Positions 1 to 14,000 of a stretch of 64,000 nucleotides of DNA are shown here, piece after piece. Each line of letters starts with the position of its first letter. Within the stretch, counting starts at the first letter, position 1. A program made the position numbers and the translations under genes. The notes below the pieces were generated by a model. It ran no database searches. It was not told where the DNA came from and saw nothing but the letters and a program-made list of their open reading frames with translations. This DNA comes from Tubulanus polymorphus (Eukaryota; Animalia; Nemertea), in contig NC_134032.1 of the NCBI RefSeq assembly GCF_964204645.1, forward strand, positions 6,622,275-6,686,274, written 5' to 3'.

Positions 1-1030
1 AACTAGGGGTCCAGGGACACCATGCCCACTCGGGAAGTGCTTTGAAATGCTCAACAATCGAACAATTTCGATATTCAACGGGCTAACATATGACCAATGA
101 CCTTGAAACTCATCACAATCATAGAACATGTCATGAGCTACACCTTGCAACTGATTGTGGTAACAAAATAGGTGCCTAGGTGCCGATATAATAAGGAAAT
201 ACTTAGTAATCCTCACTATTCAATGCCCCTGGTGACCATTTACATAAACCAATAATCCTGAAACTCACCACAATTATAGAACATGTATTCGCTACAAGTT
301 GACAATTGATTGTGGTTAGAAAATATGCATAGATACGAATATAAATAGACAAATTGTATATGATTTAATATTCAACTCCCCCTGGTGGCAAGAACTATGA
401 TAAGGGTAACCCCAATTCCACGTGAAATGTATCTTTTGACAGTGCTAATAACAATCAAATATAAAGACCATAGTTTAAAACCTTGATATTTTCCTCAAAA
501 ATCCGTTTTCCAACTTACGAATGAGGACTGATGACACTAAGATGGCCGCCAATTGCGTGATAATTGACTGATGGCACCAATCAGATATGCTACAGATCCC
601 TCCTCATAGAATAGCTATTACAAATTTCAATGAAAAATGGTAGACCATTAGCAAGCTACAGGTCTTGGAATTTAGGCCAAAATTGTGTCTGATTGATCCA
701 ATTTTTCTCATGCCGACGGGCCCTTGGGAGGCAAAAATATATATGAAAAATCAAGATAATTGATGGAATTGTTTTCCAAATTTCCCTTTAAAACTTGAAA
801 AATGTATGAAAAGTGCTGATTTCTGTGAACAACAAAGGCTGCCAGTCAACCGTCTTGATTCAGATCGAGCCAGTTTTTGGGCTGAAGATGTAACTAGGGT
901 AGATACATGTCTAAAACAAATATCAGGACAATCGATTGAAGCATTTTCTAAACTTTCCAAAATAACTGGATTCCGTCTATGGACGGATGGACAGACGGAC
1001 GAATAAAAAGTGAACGCAATACGGGAAATC
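1..1030 (-). mobile_element. Helentron/HINE-like non-autonomous element (about 2 core units)
   Basis: Reverse complement of the family at 31187, 47339 and 53728; the 3' end ...GGACCCCTAGTT is at 1-12. Confidence 0.8.
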
Positions 1031-1074
1031 GTCAAATTATAAATCTTATTCTTTTAGATTTCTATTTGAATTTT

Positions 1075-1274
1075 CACTGGCAGGAAACAAGAGAGAATCT
1101 CTTCACCATTGCCAGTGACGAGTTGTCTAGTCATCGGTTTTATTTATACTGAAATAGATCAGTTTATTGCTTATCAATAAACAAATAATGCTGGTAGGAT
1201 ATATATCGCACAATGTCAAAAATTAGCGCCGGAAATGGCGACCGGACCTTAACTGCTTGGTGTCAGCAAATGTG
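1075..1274 (-). mobile_element. Diverged fragment of the piggyBac left end
   Basis: Reverse-complement similarity to about 15114-15320; ends in ...aaatgtg followed by TTAA (1275-1278). Confidence 0.75.
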
Positions 1275-2061
1275 TTAAAACCATGTTTGCAAACTTTTTC
1301 ACCCTTGGTCCCTCACGTTATGAATTTCCTCCAACCTGACAATGGTCTCTAGTGAGAGTCCAAAGCATCGTGTCGATTTTTGATTCCAAAATTAATTTCC
1401 TTTTTAATCTTATATAATTGTATACTTACTAAAATCAAATATTTTATAAACACACATGTTTTGGAGACTCTCTCTAATCAGAAGAAATTGCTTCTCTTGT
1501 TTAGATAAACAAATTTCGCTTTCTGGCAAAATAATTGATACCATGCTTCTCATATCTGCTGACTTTAAAAGTGGACGCGGCTGGCTTCATACCCTGTACA
1601 TTACGGGCAATTAATTCTAAAATCATGTTCAAGCTGACAATAACAGATCCAGCAGCAAGAAATTAACTGATTCTATATTTTATCGCAACTTACAAAAAAA
1701 CCCGGCCGATCATGAGAAACAAGGTGACATTATTTTTAGCCACACCTTTCAAATTTGTATACAGTGAGTTCTAATCTTAATCTCTAATGCTCACCATGTC
1801 TGAGTGAACACTATTCATACTCTTAGCTGACAAGTAAAATAGTAGTCAAAACCTTGCGCCTCAGTTAACATCGCTACAGTTGACTGCCAAGCACTCTTGA
1901 CCATTGAATAAGGCGAAGTCTAATCTATCAAGTGTCTGTATGACAGGACGGATAGAAACAGTTTAACTAACTTTAAGCTCACCACAATACAGTCATCAAG
2001 CCCGCTTAAACTCAAGGATGTGGGCACACATTATGCTAAACCTACGTTTTCCAGGCAAGCA

Positions 2062-5000
2062 TCAGGAACTTGATTCATTTTCTTCTGGGACGACTAACAA
2101 TGACTTTTGAATCAACAAAACTATTTTATCTGTAAAGAGAGAAAATAGCCAAGATATTAAGAGTCAGTGCTGGAGACCAGGGTTCATTTTGCCACTGCTG
2201 ACCCAAATTCACTGCCCATGTCATACCAAATTCACTACCAACTGCAACTTTTTAAAAAATTAGCTAATTTTCAAGCTAATTACCATATGCCATACTAATG
2301 CTATTTTCATTAGTTGGAGTCCGCCTGGGACTGGAAAAATTGGTCAGAATTGGATGAAATGTGAATTATGTGCTCTTATTTCTATAGAAATAACCCACTG
2401 GAATTTTAGTCCAAAATCCGTGAAAATCCGAATAAAACCGATCCGAATCAAGCGAGTTATACTGTACCATTAAAACTCACAAGGGCGAAGGGGAAAAATA
2501 AAAATATGAATTTTTACTATCACAGGTTTTAAAATGGGGAGAGAACATGCCAATTTCTTCGGTATTGTCATATCACGGAATTGCAGAACTTTCCAAAAAC
2601 ATGGAATTTCTTCACTTTCACTGTAAATAGTAGTTTTCCAGGGATAACCAGCATCGGCCAAGGCACCGAATCGATGCATAGGCTTAGCTTCGAATCCCAC
2701 TTTTTGCACGCAATTTCATCCGACATTATTTCATGGTACCGTTCACTGGCTGGTAGTTACCAGCTGCAGCAGCAATCAGAATCTAGTCCGAAAAGGAGAT
2801 CGGCACCGGGGCAAACATTGGTTATCAAAGTTAATTGACTTTTTGCAAATTTAGTAACCGATTATTATCAGTCTGGGGTTTGAGCACATCACTCGTCGGG
2901 CCGTAGTTTCAGTAGTACATAGTTAGTGTGGGGTCAGCAGTCAATGTTGATACATTGAAACCTCGTTCTAACAGCTGGGGAAAAAATAATAAGTTTGTAA
3001 TATCCGATAGTTCATTAGATCCGTTATCATCATTTATGCATGAAAAGAGAACACCCCCTGATGTGATGAAACACAAACCAATTGGTTTTATTGAGTAGGC
3101 CTACTATTTAAGTATAAATACTGTCAGCTAATAAATCGTTCATTGACAACTGCAAACTATGAAATAAAATATAAATGCAAACCATAAATTCAGATATGAC
3201 CTTAAACCATGGTGTGAACATTACAGGCTAACTGGTCGACTACTGGTGTATCACGTTTTTCATTTGTGTTTCTCCCCGAAGATGCGAGAACGAGGAGATG
3301 AATATGATAACATTATGCCGGTAAAAACGTCAGAACAATTTTAAGACTTCAGAGTTAGTCCCTTTTTCAATTTCTCCGATGATCTCAATCGTTTTGTAAT
3401 GCACATTTGTTGCCATCATTAAGTGAGTGTAAATATCACTGTAAACAGATAAAAAATGAGCGACTACTACAAATTGTAGCAGCCAGCAATACCTTGCATA
3501 TATCATTAATCTGTATCACTAATCTAAGATAATTCAAACAATACTGTCTCTTGGTTTAAAGCAGATAAACAAGTGTGATTGGTTATGGCTGGCGATCGTT
3601 AGAACTGATGAAAATATGTAGTAGGACTTCAAAACTTTGGTCGTTATAACCGAAAGTTCATTAGAAAAGGGGTCGTTGTTTCATGAAATTTAACCGTAAA
3701 TGAGAAGGATTTGGCCGGGGATATTTTGCTATTCATAACAAGCGATGGTTTGTTAGTTCCGAGGTCATTAAAACAAGGTTCCACTGTAGATTAATTACCC
3801 ACGTAGGTTCTCAATTTTTTCGTTTGGAAGTTTCATTAATTAGTTGAATGATGATAGTAATGAATTATCACAAAGGCCTACGGGGCACTGGTGTTGCCGG
3901 GCTGTTTATTCGGTGGTATAATTGATAGCCTCCGTTCGGTGCTGCCACCTTCATGGTCTGCATATAGTTTGAAGTCTTGGCGGGAGCAGTGTTAGTTTGT
4001 TGGCGGTCGCCTTCCAGGCAACCACTCTGTGAAATATATGTTGATGTGATTTACACTGTTCCCGCAGGTCTTTCGTTGTTGTTTAATGTTGGTTGGTGGA
4101 GTGAACCTCCGGACAGACGAGGCATATACAGGATTTACAAGAAAGCCCCGTCACATTTGGCACCCTCGATGGGATTGGGAAGGTCATCACTACACCGGAA
4201 GATACGTGGATCTACAATTTGCGTTTGGTAGTGGATGCTTTGTGTCATTCGGCGGTGGCTACGCCAGTGCACTTTGTTGATGACAAACTTGATCAACCCG
4301 TGAACGGCCTGGGTTTTGCTCGGCGTGATCTCATGGCGGCTCAAGAAGCTGATACTGATATCCGTCGTATTGTCAAGCAGATCAAGTCAGTTGGTCGTTA
4401 CGTGCCGTCTTCTCGGTTGGATCGAAAATAGCAGAAATATAACTACGCTATGAATGATGGCTTGTTATGTCGTCGTGTTGTCGAGGACGAATCGGAAATT
4501 TTTAAAGTTGTTTTGCCGTCTGCTGAGATCTCTTTTGTTTGCAAGATGTTGCATGATGACCTAGGTCATCCGGGTCGCGATAAAACGTTGGGTATGATTC
4601 GTGAGAGATTTTTCTGGCCGGGGATGTATTCAGATATTGACCGATACGTTAAAAGTTGTTCGTGTTGTGTTACCAATAAAGCTCCTACTCCTTCACAACA
4701 GGCTACTTTAGTTCCTATCACAGCGTCTGAGCCTTTGGAGGTGGTGTGTCTCGATTTCTTAACTTTGGACAAAAGCAAAGGTGGTTTTGAGAACGTTTTA
4801 GTCATCACTGACCATTTCACTAAGTATGCTTTAGCTGTTCCGACACGGAACCAGACTGTACGAACAACCGCCCGTGTTCTATTCAATTCTTTCATTTCAA
4901 AGTTTGGAATCCCTAAGAGGATTCACTCTGATCAAGGTGCGAACTTTGAAAGCGGTCTCATAAAGGAATTATGTTCGATTTTCGGCATCAAGAAATCGCG

Positions 5001-8000
5001 CACTACGCCGTATCATCCCATGGGAAACGGTGCTTGTGAGCGCTTTAATTCAACTTTAATTCAACGTTTGGGTCTTTTGGAACCTGCAAAGAAAATTGCA
5101 TGGAAAGATCATTTGTCTTCGGTTCTGTTTGTGTACAATTGTACGCCTCACGAGTCCACTGGTTTTTCACCTTATCGCTTAATGTTTGGCAGGACTCCGA
5201 TTTTGCCTGTAGACGAGGTTTATCAATTAAGCAAGCCTTCACGGCAATATACAGCTACTCGAGTTTAATTCTTTATGGGCTCAGGCCAAAGTAAAGTTAG
5301 CGAAGTCAGCCGAGAATTCAAAGAAATACTATAATTCCAGGGTTCGTGGTATTTCGGTCGCCGTGGGTGACTTCGTTTTGGTGAAACGTGTAGGCATTAA
5401 GGGACGCGATAAACTCGGGGACAAGTGGGAAGAAAATCCATATGTGATTGTATCCCAGCCTAATACGGAAATACCAGTCTACGTGGTTAGAGACACTGTG
5501 TCTGGTAAGACGAGGACGCTTCATCGGAACTTGCTGTTGTTCCTTTCAGTTCCGCTGCATCCAAATCGCAGCTCTGAGGTTGTTGGAGTTGGGAAACATG
5601 GTTCCGGGATTAGGAGAGATAAGACTAGTTCAGTTGAGCCTGTGGAGTTGGTCAGCAGCACGAGTTGTGATGAGACCGATGAGTTTATCTTGTTCGATCG
5701 GGGAGCTTCTCAGGGGACTTTTCCTCTTAATGAGGAATTGTCTGGTATCCCTCGTTCATTAACAGTGGACACCTCCGACGACGAATCTACTTTATCTGTA
5801 GTCGCATTGGACGTGAGTCCGGAAAGTCATTCTGTCGTTGAATCACCCCCCGTTGAGAGCGTTTCTCCTAATGAGGCTTGGCCCGACGACAGTCCGCTAG
5901 GTGTTGATACGTCTCTTGTTGCGGACGTGCCTTTTGATGAGATTAGGCCGGAGGTCGATCCATCTAATGAGGTGCAATCACCAGATTTTTCCGTGCGTCC
6001 AGCCCTTGCCGATCGTCCTACAAGGGTAAGACGTATGCCTGAACGGTTTGCTGACTATCAGGTTGGCGCTTTAACGGTAGGTCCTTCGTGGCAACAGAAG
6101 CTGGATACTTTGTTATTGGCAAGCAAAGATGCTTCGATAAGCGGAAATCCGACTCTGTTGGCAGCGGTCTTGAAACTATGTGAATAAGTATTTTTAAAAT
6201 GTCATCAAATGTCCGGGTTATTGAAACATGTATATCCATTATTTATCCAGTATATCCATTATTTTGCGTTGTGCGTTTTAATTCATTTTGGCTTTTTTTT
6301 TTCTTGTCTCTTCATTTTCGTGATGTCTATAAGATGAAGTCGTGTATTACGACAAATTCTTTGAAGCTACGTCGCTTCTTATGTGTTTATTTATCTCGAT
6401 CTGGGGACAGATTTTCTTTGGAAGGGTGGTGTAGATATGCCGGGTCTTTCAATATATATATTAATTTATGTGTGTGATGTAAGTTACATGCCTGTATGTG
6501 AAACTGGGTGTAAAGTTTGAAGTGAAATTTTTAGAATTAGTATTGTAAATGACTGTGGGAGTGGTTTGGATTTTGTTTATGTAAATTCTATTAAGTCACT
6601 ATTAATTAAGAGCTTGTAGTAGTTCTTGGTCGGTAATCTGTGCTTTGTTCTGAATGATTTCTCGCTGCGTTCCGTCCGTCTGGAAGGTAGGGAATTTTAA
6701 AAAAATATTAGATTGCTGAAACGACATCCTGTTTAAGTCACTTATTTCGGGGACGAAAGTTCTTGACGTTAAGGGAGGGTGTTGCCGGGCTGTTTATTCG
6801 GCGGTATAATTGATAGCCTCCGTTCGGTGCTGCCACCTTCATGGTCTGCATATAGTTTGAAGTCTTGGCGGGAACAGTGTTAGTTTGTTGGCGGTCCCCT
6901 TCCAGGCAACCACTCTGTGAAATATATGTTGATGTGATTTACACTGTTCCCGCAGGTAAGAAAGCTTCGTATGATTCTGACTTAATTATTTATCATGTGT
7001 AATATTTATTGGTTAGTTTGTTGGCGGTCGCCTTCCAGGCAACCACTCTGTGAAATATATGTTGATGTGATTTACACTGTTCTCGCAGGTCTTTCGTTGT
7101 TGTTTAATGTTGGTTGGTGGAGTAGACCTCCGGACAGACGAGGCATATACAGGATTTACAAGAAAGCCCCGTCACACTGGTAAGGAAAAAATACGTCCGC
7201 TGCCTTGTCTGACAAACGGTATCCCGTGGGAAAACTCGGTTACTATTCATAGTGAAAATGAAGAAATACTGTGTTTTAGGAAAATTCCGCAATTCCGTGT
7301 TACCATGATATGCAGAGATGCTAGGGCCAAAGTACCAAAATTCCGGAATTTAGAACGGGCGTTTTTGCATCGCCGGAGATGCAGTGTCACGATCGGCATC
7401 TTTCATCTGAAAATACGACGGCAGGCATTCGTTGTGCTTCACATCCCTCGCTGCCTTCTTATGCCGCGCGCTATCCGGGTGACGAAGAATATCTTTTTTC
7501 CCGCCACTACCGTATTTGACCTGGTCTTTACAAACGACGCTGTACGCCACGCCAGCTAAGTCTATCTTACGAATGTAGTTCGATAAGTAGACCCGTTACT
7601 GTCCTTACACTCTAGCCATTGCCAGTTAAATTTATTTTTTATACCGCTGTCAATTGCCTCTATATCGGCCAACTCCCAACTGACAATCTTTCCCTGCGTG
7701 CTCATTTTGCAGACCGTCCCGCAAAAAGAAAGTTACAAAGCTGCGTGCCTCAGGAAATAGCACGCGCGTGGTAATAATTAAGATGATATTTATCAAATAT
7801 TATCTTAATTATTACCACGTGCATCTTCACATTGTTGGCCGTCAGCGGGACGATGTACAACGGCCGGCGCGTAAAGATAATTGACTTTTAATTGGAAATG
7901 GCGTCACAACAGTTGCGCTCCGTCTACGCACGCACAGATACCACAACAAGCACACATATATACATTGTAGCAGATCGTCCTCGGAAACAGAGACCAAGAT

Positions 8001-11000
8001 AAAATAACACAGAAGCGACGACGAGTACAAACAAACGAACGCTTTTACTGTCCGTGCCATTACTGGTCGCCGCGAGGAATTCTCACCAAATTTCCGGAAT
8101 TGACATCGGCGATCCTAAATTTCCGGAATTCCGGATATTTCCGGAAAACTAGCATCTCTGGATATGACAAAACTGCATTTTTTTTCTGAGTGTTTTTTCT
8201 ACAAATCTTTTTGGAAGGGCTGCAGAAAAAATGAAATATAGTGAAAACTGTATTGGATTGAATTCAAATGATGGGAGAAAACTTTTTGTGCAGATAATTA
8301 GATCGAAAATAAGGACAGAAAATATAAAGAAAAAGGTTTATTTTTTGGAATTAAGAATGGAAACTTCAGCATGAGTTTTGGCAGAATTGCAGTAGATCCA
8401 TGATCCCAGATAATAAACTAGGGGTCCAGTCACACCATGCCCACTTGGGAGGTGGTTTGAAATGCTCAACAAAAAGAGAATTTCAATATTATACGCCCCT
8501 GGTAACACATTCAGATAGCAATGGCCTTAACCCTCTTGTTACTGGATTTCAACAATGTACTACTCAGACACATATATTTCTCATAATTGCAGTATGAATA
8601 GGAGTCATTTTCAAACATGACAGCTCCATTATCAAAATAGACACAGATTTTAGAAGGGATTATAACAACCTTTCAAATGATTTAAAAACGTTCTGTATAA
8701 GCTGTAGTTGGCGCACTGGGGGTTCATTATAGTTATTTGACTCACTTTCACTTCCGGGTTTTAACTCTGAATCATCTTCGGCAATATAATGACTATCAAA
8801 TGGATAAATAAAAGCTGATGCCCCCTATCAGCCCAGCAGGAGTATTTTAATCGCAATTATCAACTGAGGTCTTTGACGAGTGTATCTATTTGTGTACACA
8901 CTCATGTGTGTGATAGACTGGGACTACGTCATCAATATGCCTCGCTTTGGAATTTAAATATGGTGACTCTCATCTACCATAAATTCTGCCGATATGGGTT
9001 AATCAGGGAGAATTGGAAATTTCAACTAGCACTACGCTAAACAACAAAAGTAGAAATGAATGGCTAATTATAGTTTTATCACTGCAGTTCCCCTTTGAGA
9101 CCTATTAGGGTTACACAGTGCGACTTGCAGTAGGGACGTAAAATTCTTCTAAACTCTTGTTCCAAGTCATTACAAATGATTCTTAACCCATTAGCACTTA
9201 AGCCACCAGTAACCGCCCTGTCTATTACCGGTACTCCTCAAGCCGCATAATCCCCCCCCTCCATTTGTCGTATGCTGCACAAAAATGGTTTAAGTGGGAT
9301 TCAAACCCAATAGCTTATGATAAACTAGACATCTAAGTCCTCAAAATGCCGTAAAGAAATCAACAACCTCCTATTTCAATTTCTTAAGTATTTAGAGTAT
9401 GAACATGACAGATCTAAGCGCTCACTTCAAATCCAAGTAAGTTTCGATGTATTTCAGGGGGCCAAAAGGACACGATTTTGGTGGCCCACCTAATCAAATC
9501 TTATGTCATATGAAAGCCTTGACTATTACAGCCCCTACTACAAAATAACAAAAACTAATAGTGCACGAAAATAAACAGCAAAAGAGCTATTCGGTATCGT
9601 GATGAACTTGGATTTTCCCTTGAATTTTCTGAGGAGTAATTGACACTACATGGTGAAAGTCCTGAGAGCTAATGGGTTAATTAACTACTTGTGTACCTAG
9701 AAAATTCTGTATGCGCCCGTCTTTGCTCCACTTTTTTTCCTTCTTCATCAGCAAATAAATCGGAACGCCCGTCGTCAATATAAGCGCCATGCCGATCAGA
9801 GTTTGAAACGGTCGCGTGATCACCGGCAAAACAATCAGATATATCGACACTAAGGTGAACAATACCGGTACTATCAGCCACACCTGAAAAATATAGTACA
9901 AACACTATACAACAAACGCCATTGGTATCCTCGGCAAAACTTTTTACTGTAGAGAGGTTCAACCCTTTCAGTGATGACTCATATCCGAAAGTGCTGGTGA
10001 TAATTTGAAAACTTTAAAATATTCCATCCAGTGTGTTCAATAACATGCATACCGCTATAGTGCAACTTCATCTCTGAAAACTGTTGGCGTTAAGACATTG
10101 GCAGTGGCATTAAAAAGGATGGCAGTGGCCATGGCCTGGGACTGCATATCAATTGCTTTTATTGACTGTTTTTACAATACACTATAGGAGGAATCTATAT
10201 ATATATATATATCTAATCCATTTTTGATATATCTTATGTATCGCAAATTCAGGTTTTTTGATATATCAAAATTTCTAAATTTGTAATGTTTTTATGAAGT
10301 TCAGTAAGTAGGATACAACAGAAAGTGTAGTTTCGTTGTAATTCTTAACTTCTGCATCTACCATCTTGTGATGTGACTTTTCTATTTGGTGCTTATTCAG
10401 CCTGCTCTTTCTGGGATTCCCGAAACATTCCTCAAGTTTAAATATCAGACTCATCACCTCTCTCTTGTTATGATCAAGGTACATTGTTTTTGTCTAAACA
10501 GCTTCATTTGTTTCTACTTCTAAACTAACTCTCGTAACCTACACTTCATTCTCTTTACTTGTTCTCACTTATTGCTTCCTCCCAAGCAAAAACCGTAGAC
10601 TTATATTCCAATTTCCTACATTCCTCAAATTCCTAAGCTATGTTCTCACCCTATTCGTACCTGACTCCATTTAATGTGTTCAGGTTTGGTCTGTTTTTAG
10701 TAATGTTTAGTTTTACAATCGTTACCCCACTATACCCAACATCTAATAATATTTACCAATCACTCTTCAACTCCCTCCTGAACTAACCTTCGAGTCTTTC
10801 TATTTCAGTAATAGTAACTCCACCTGAATTCGCTTTTTTAGTAATGTTTAGTTTCACGATAGTTTCACTTACAACAATAGTTACCCCACATCTAATAATA
10901 GTTCTTATTACTTCCCCGCTAACTCCCACCTTGTAACTTGAGCCACTTTTTTCTTAGCATGCACACATCAATCGCATGCTACAGTGCACACACTACTTCG

Positions 11001-14000
11001 CTATTCTACTATTGGCTCAACAATGCGACCTACGTACCTTAATAGGTCTCTCCCAGTCCGGCTCTTTCCAGCGGTAAATGAGTAACCCAACAACTGGCAC
11101 TACTATTCCAACGCAATCGACAAATTCTAAATAGTTCAACAGTTCATAGACATTCGAACTGACCAGCATTAAAGAACTGAACAGACCCTACAACAAAAGA
11201 ATAAGAAACGAAAAATAGAACAATTTAAGCCAAGTTCTATCTACAAGTGTATAGGACTGATTGTCGAAACTAAGACAGCCACCAATTGCGTAAAAATTGG
11301 CTGATCACAATGCCAAATAGAATCTGCAGGCCTAAGTATTCAGACAATAAATGAGCTTATATTGAATTAAAAAGTTTACAGCACAGCCAGCTTTTGTCCG
11401 GTGGACACTTGTGTCCAATCATACTTCCCAAAATAACTGGATTATGTCTACCGATAGATGAACGGACAAAAAGTGAACACAATTGCTCACTGGGCTTCAA
11501 GTCCGAAGTGGGCTAAAAATTGAGGTTCTGTGTAAGGCCACAGGATGACCATCTTGACTATGAGAGTTGGTTACATTTTATACATACGTACCATGATTAA
11601 CAGGGCGGGAATTGGAGTGAAATACTTCATGTTGACCATTGAAAACACTTTTGGCAGATGACTAGATCGAGCACCAACAAATAAAATTCTAGAAAAAAAA
11701 TCAAAGACCTCAATTGTAAGTGGGCCTAGTAACAATTGTTTATAACACAGTATTAAATAGAAGACTATTCAACCCTATCAGTGCTGACTAAGTAATTCCT
11801 AGAAGTGCTGGAGATAATTTGAAAATTCTTTAAAAAATTCCACCCTTAACCGCGTCTTAACCGCAGTTTATTGTCAGTTACTAATGATGCACTGTTGTTT
11901 GACAAGTGCCGCCAACTTATCATCAATTTATATACCCATATGTCACTGCAGTGTAGATGCACTGAAAGGGTTAAGTAAACTAACTTGCTAAAAAGATACT
12001 TCACTTTACTCATGATAAGATTGGCAAATGACAATTTAAACGATCCCAATCACTCTATCCAGTTAATTTTGTGCTCTGAGTTAACATACATTTGGCAGAC
12101 AGCTAATACTCCAAAACTAATGGTTAACAAACAAAAGGTCTACGGGCCTTATACCTTCATGACGCAGTAGCAGAAGAATGATCCAGTATTCAAAGTTTTA
12201 CAAACAGTTTTACATCGTAACGATGTAACAAGTTTTAAAATAGTTAAGATGGTATAGGTTATGTGGCGATAATTTTCATTTTCTGTTAATATATCCTAAC
12301 CTGAAAAGGCAAGCCCATTTTTGCTGCCCCATAGATCACACACTACATGAAAAAATTCTTACACCTATAATCATGAAAATGCATCAAGAATCCCAGGCCA
12401 TTTCGTGCTAGAAATTCAAGATGGCTACCCTGGCGGCCATATTTGAAAGCTGGTGACCTCCATATACAATAGGCATGGACAGCTTACCTACCCTGATCCT
12501 CACACCAAATTTTGCAAAAAACCATCAAGATTTGCAGGCTGTATCGTGCAAACAAGAAATTCAAGATGGCCACCACAATGGCAGCCATATTTGATCACCA
12601 ATGACCTTTTTTACAATAGGGGCGGACATCTCGTCAGACCCAATCTTCAAGCTTATTTTCAGAAAGATTCATCACAAATTACAGGCGAATTACTGTGTCA
12701 AATTCAATTCAATTCCAGAGGGCCTGGCTTAGGCCTAATGCAATAGGAGAAAATAAAGATTCGACTTTTTGAAAAACCAGCACAGATGCCTCTTCAAATC
12801 ATATGTAATTCAGAAACTCAGTGCTTCTTAGTTTGATGTCCCTGTTTGCATAACGCACGTGGTTTATGGGATCATTCATTTATTACGTACGCAAAAAATT
12901 TGAATTTTTCAACCCCCCCTCCCCCTCTGTACGCAAAATCGGCCATTTTTTCGTATACATTAAGCATTACAGTACGCAATTGTACTGACCCCTCCCCCCT
13001 CCCCTAATGCGTACGTAATAAATGAATGACCCCTATATTATTGTTTAAATCGAAACGTCTTCAACAGCTGATATAACCGCATCCGCGCCTGTTAATCATC
13101 TTAATTGATTCATATACTAAAATGCTCACTATAAAAAAACTTTTTCCGGTGAATCAATTAGGAATTTTTCAGTAGATATCAGACACTAAGTACCGTTCTT
13201 TACAGGTTTATTTGTTGTATGTCATTAACGATCAGTTATATAATACTTTATTCATAACTTTGAAGCGGCGCGCCGGCAGCAAACGCTCAAGCAAGGTCAG
13301 TCACGTAAGCCAACGATAACACGAAACAGACCATGGTTTTTCGGGTTAAGAGCGTCTCTCCACATAAATTAGAGGGACTATAATGACAATTTGTTGACAC
13401 TAACCTTTAATAAACTTCGTATGGATACAATCAAGATAATCCACCCTATAATTCCACTATTCAATGATTGACACGCAGCTTACACATGGCGCCGCCATTC
13501 ATTACGCTAGTCATAATGTATCTCAACGAACATCAAAGTCACACTTGAATTACAAGTGTTGAATTATGAGAAACGATTGAAATCTAGCAATTTGATAGGG
13601 AAAATAGCAGCACTATAGTTCAAAAAGGTTGATAAACCAACTCCGACTGTCTAATCATTTAAAAGCTTTGCCTTCACATGGAACTATTTCTGATTTATCA
13701 CAGGTGCACTCTGCCGCCGTGATTTGCCCATTCAACGATAAAAACTTTATTAAAAAAAATATATATTAAAAAAAAGCGAAAATTCACAGTATTTATTCGT
13801 ACGACAAATCTTCATCTGAACTCCCACCATGAAGTTATGAGTAGTGACACGAAAATGACGTCATCGACTCACTACCATCTTATAACCTTCATGACTATGT
13901 CATGAAGGTAAAAATATAACTTAACGAACCTGGAAGCCATTAAGAATCCAGCATTCACGCCACCGAAAACCGATACTGCTACAAGAACTGGAATGCACCA

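Larger units (their letters stand above)
2560..8175. mobile_element. MITE with ~110-bp TIRs hosting three nested insertions
   Basis: Left TIR at about 2560-2670; right TIR at about 7200-7312 plus 8161-8175. The uninterrupted right half of the same family lies at about 44110-44378. Possible degenerate 8-bp TSD (aatttctt / catttttt). Confidence 0.7.

Noticed and set aside
10275-10960. LINE-like remnant or CDS on the minus strand
   Set aside because: Purine-skewed with a possible SGGV motif, but too many stops and too little motif support to assign.
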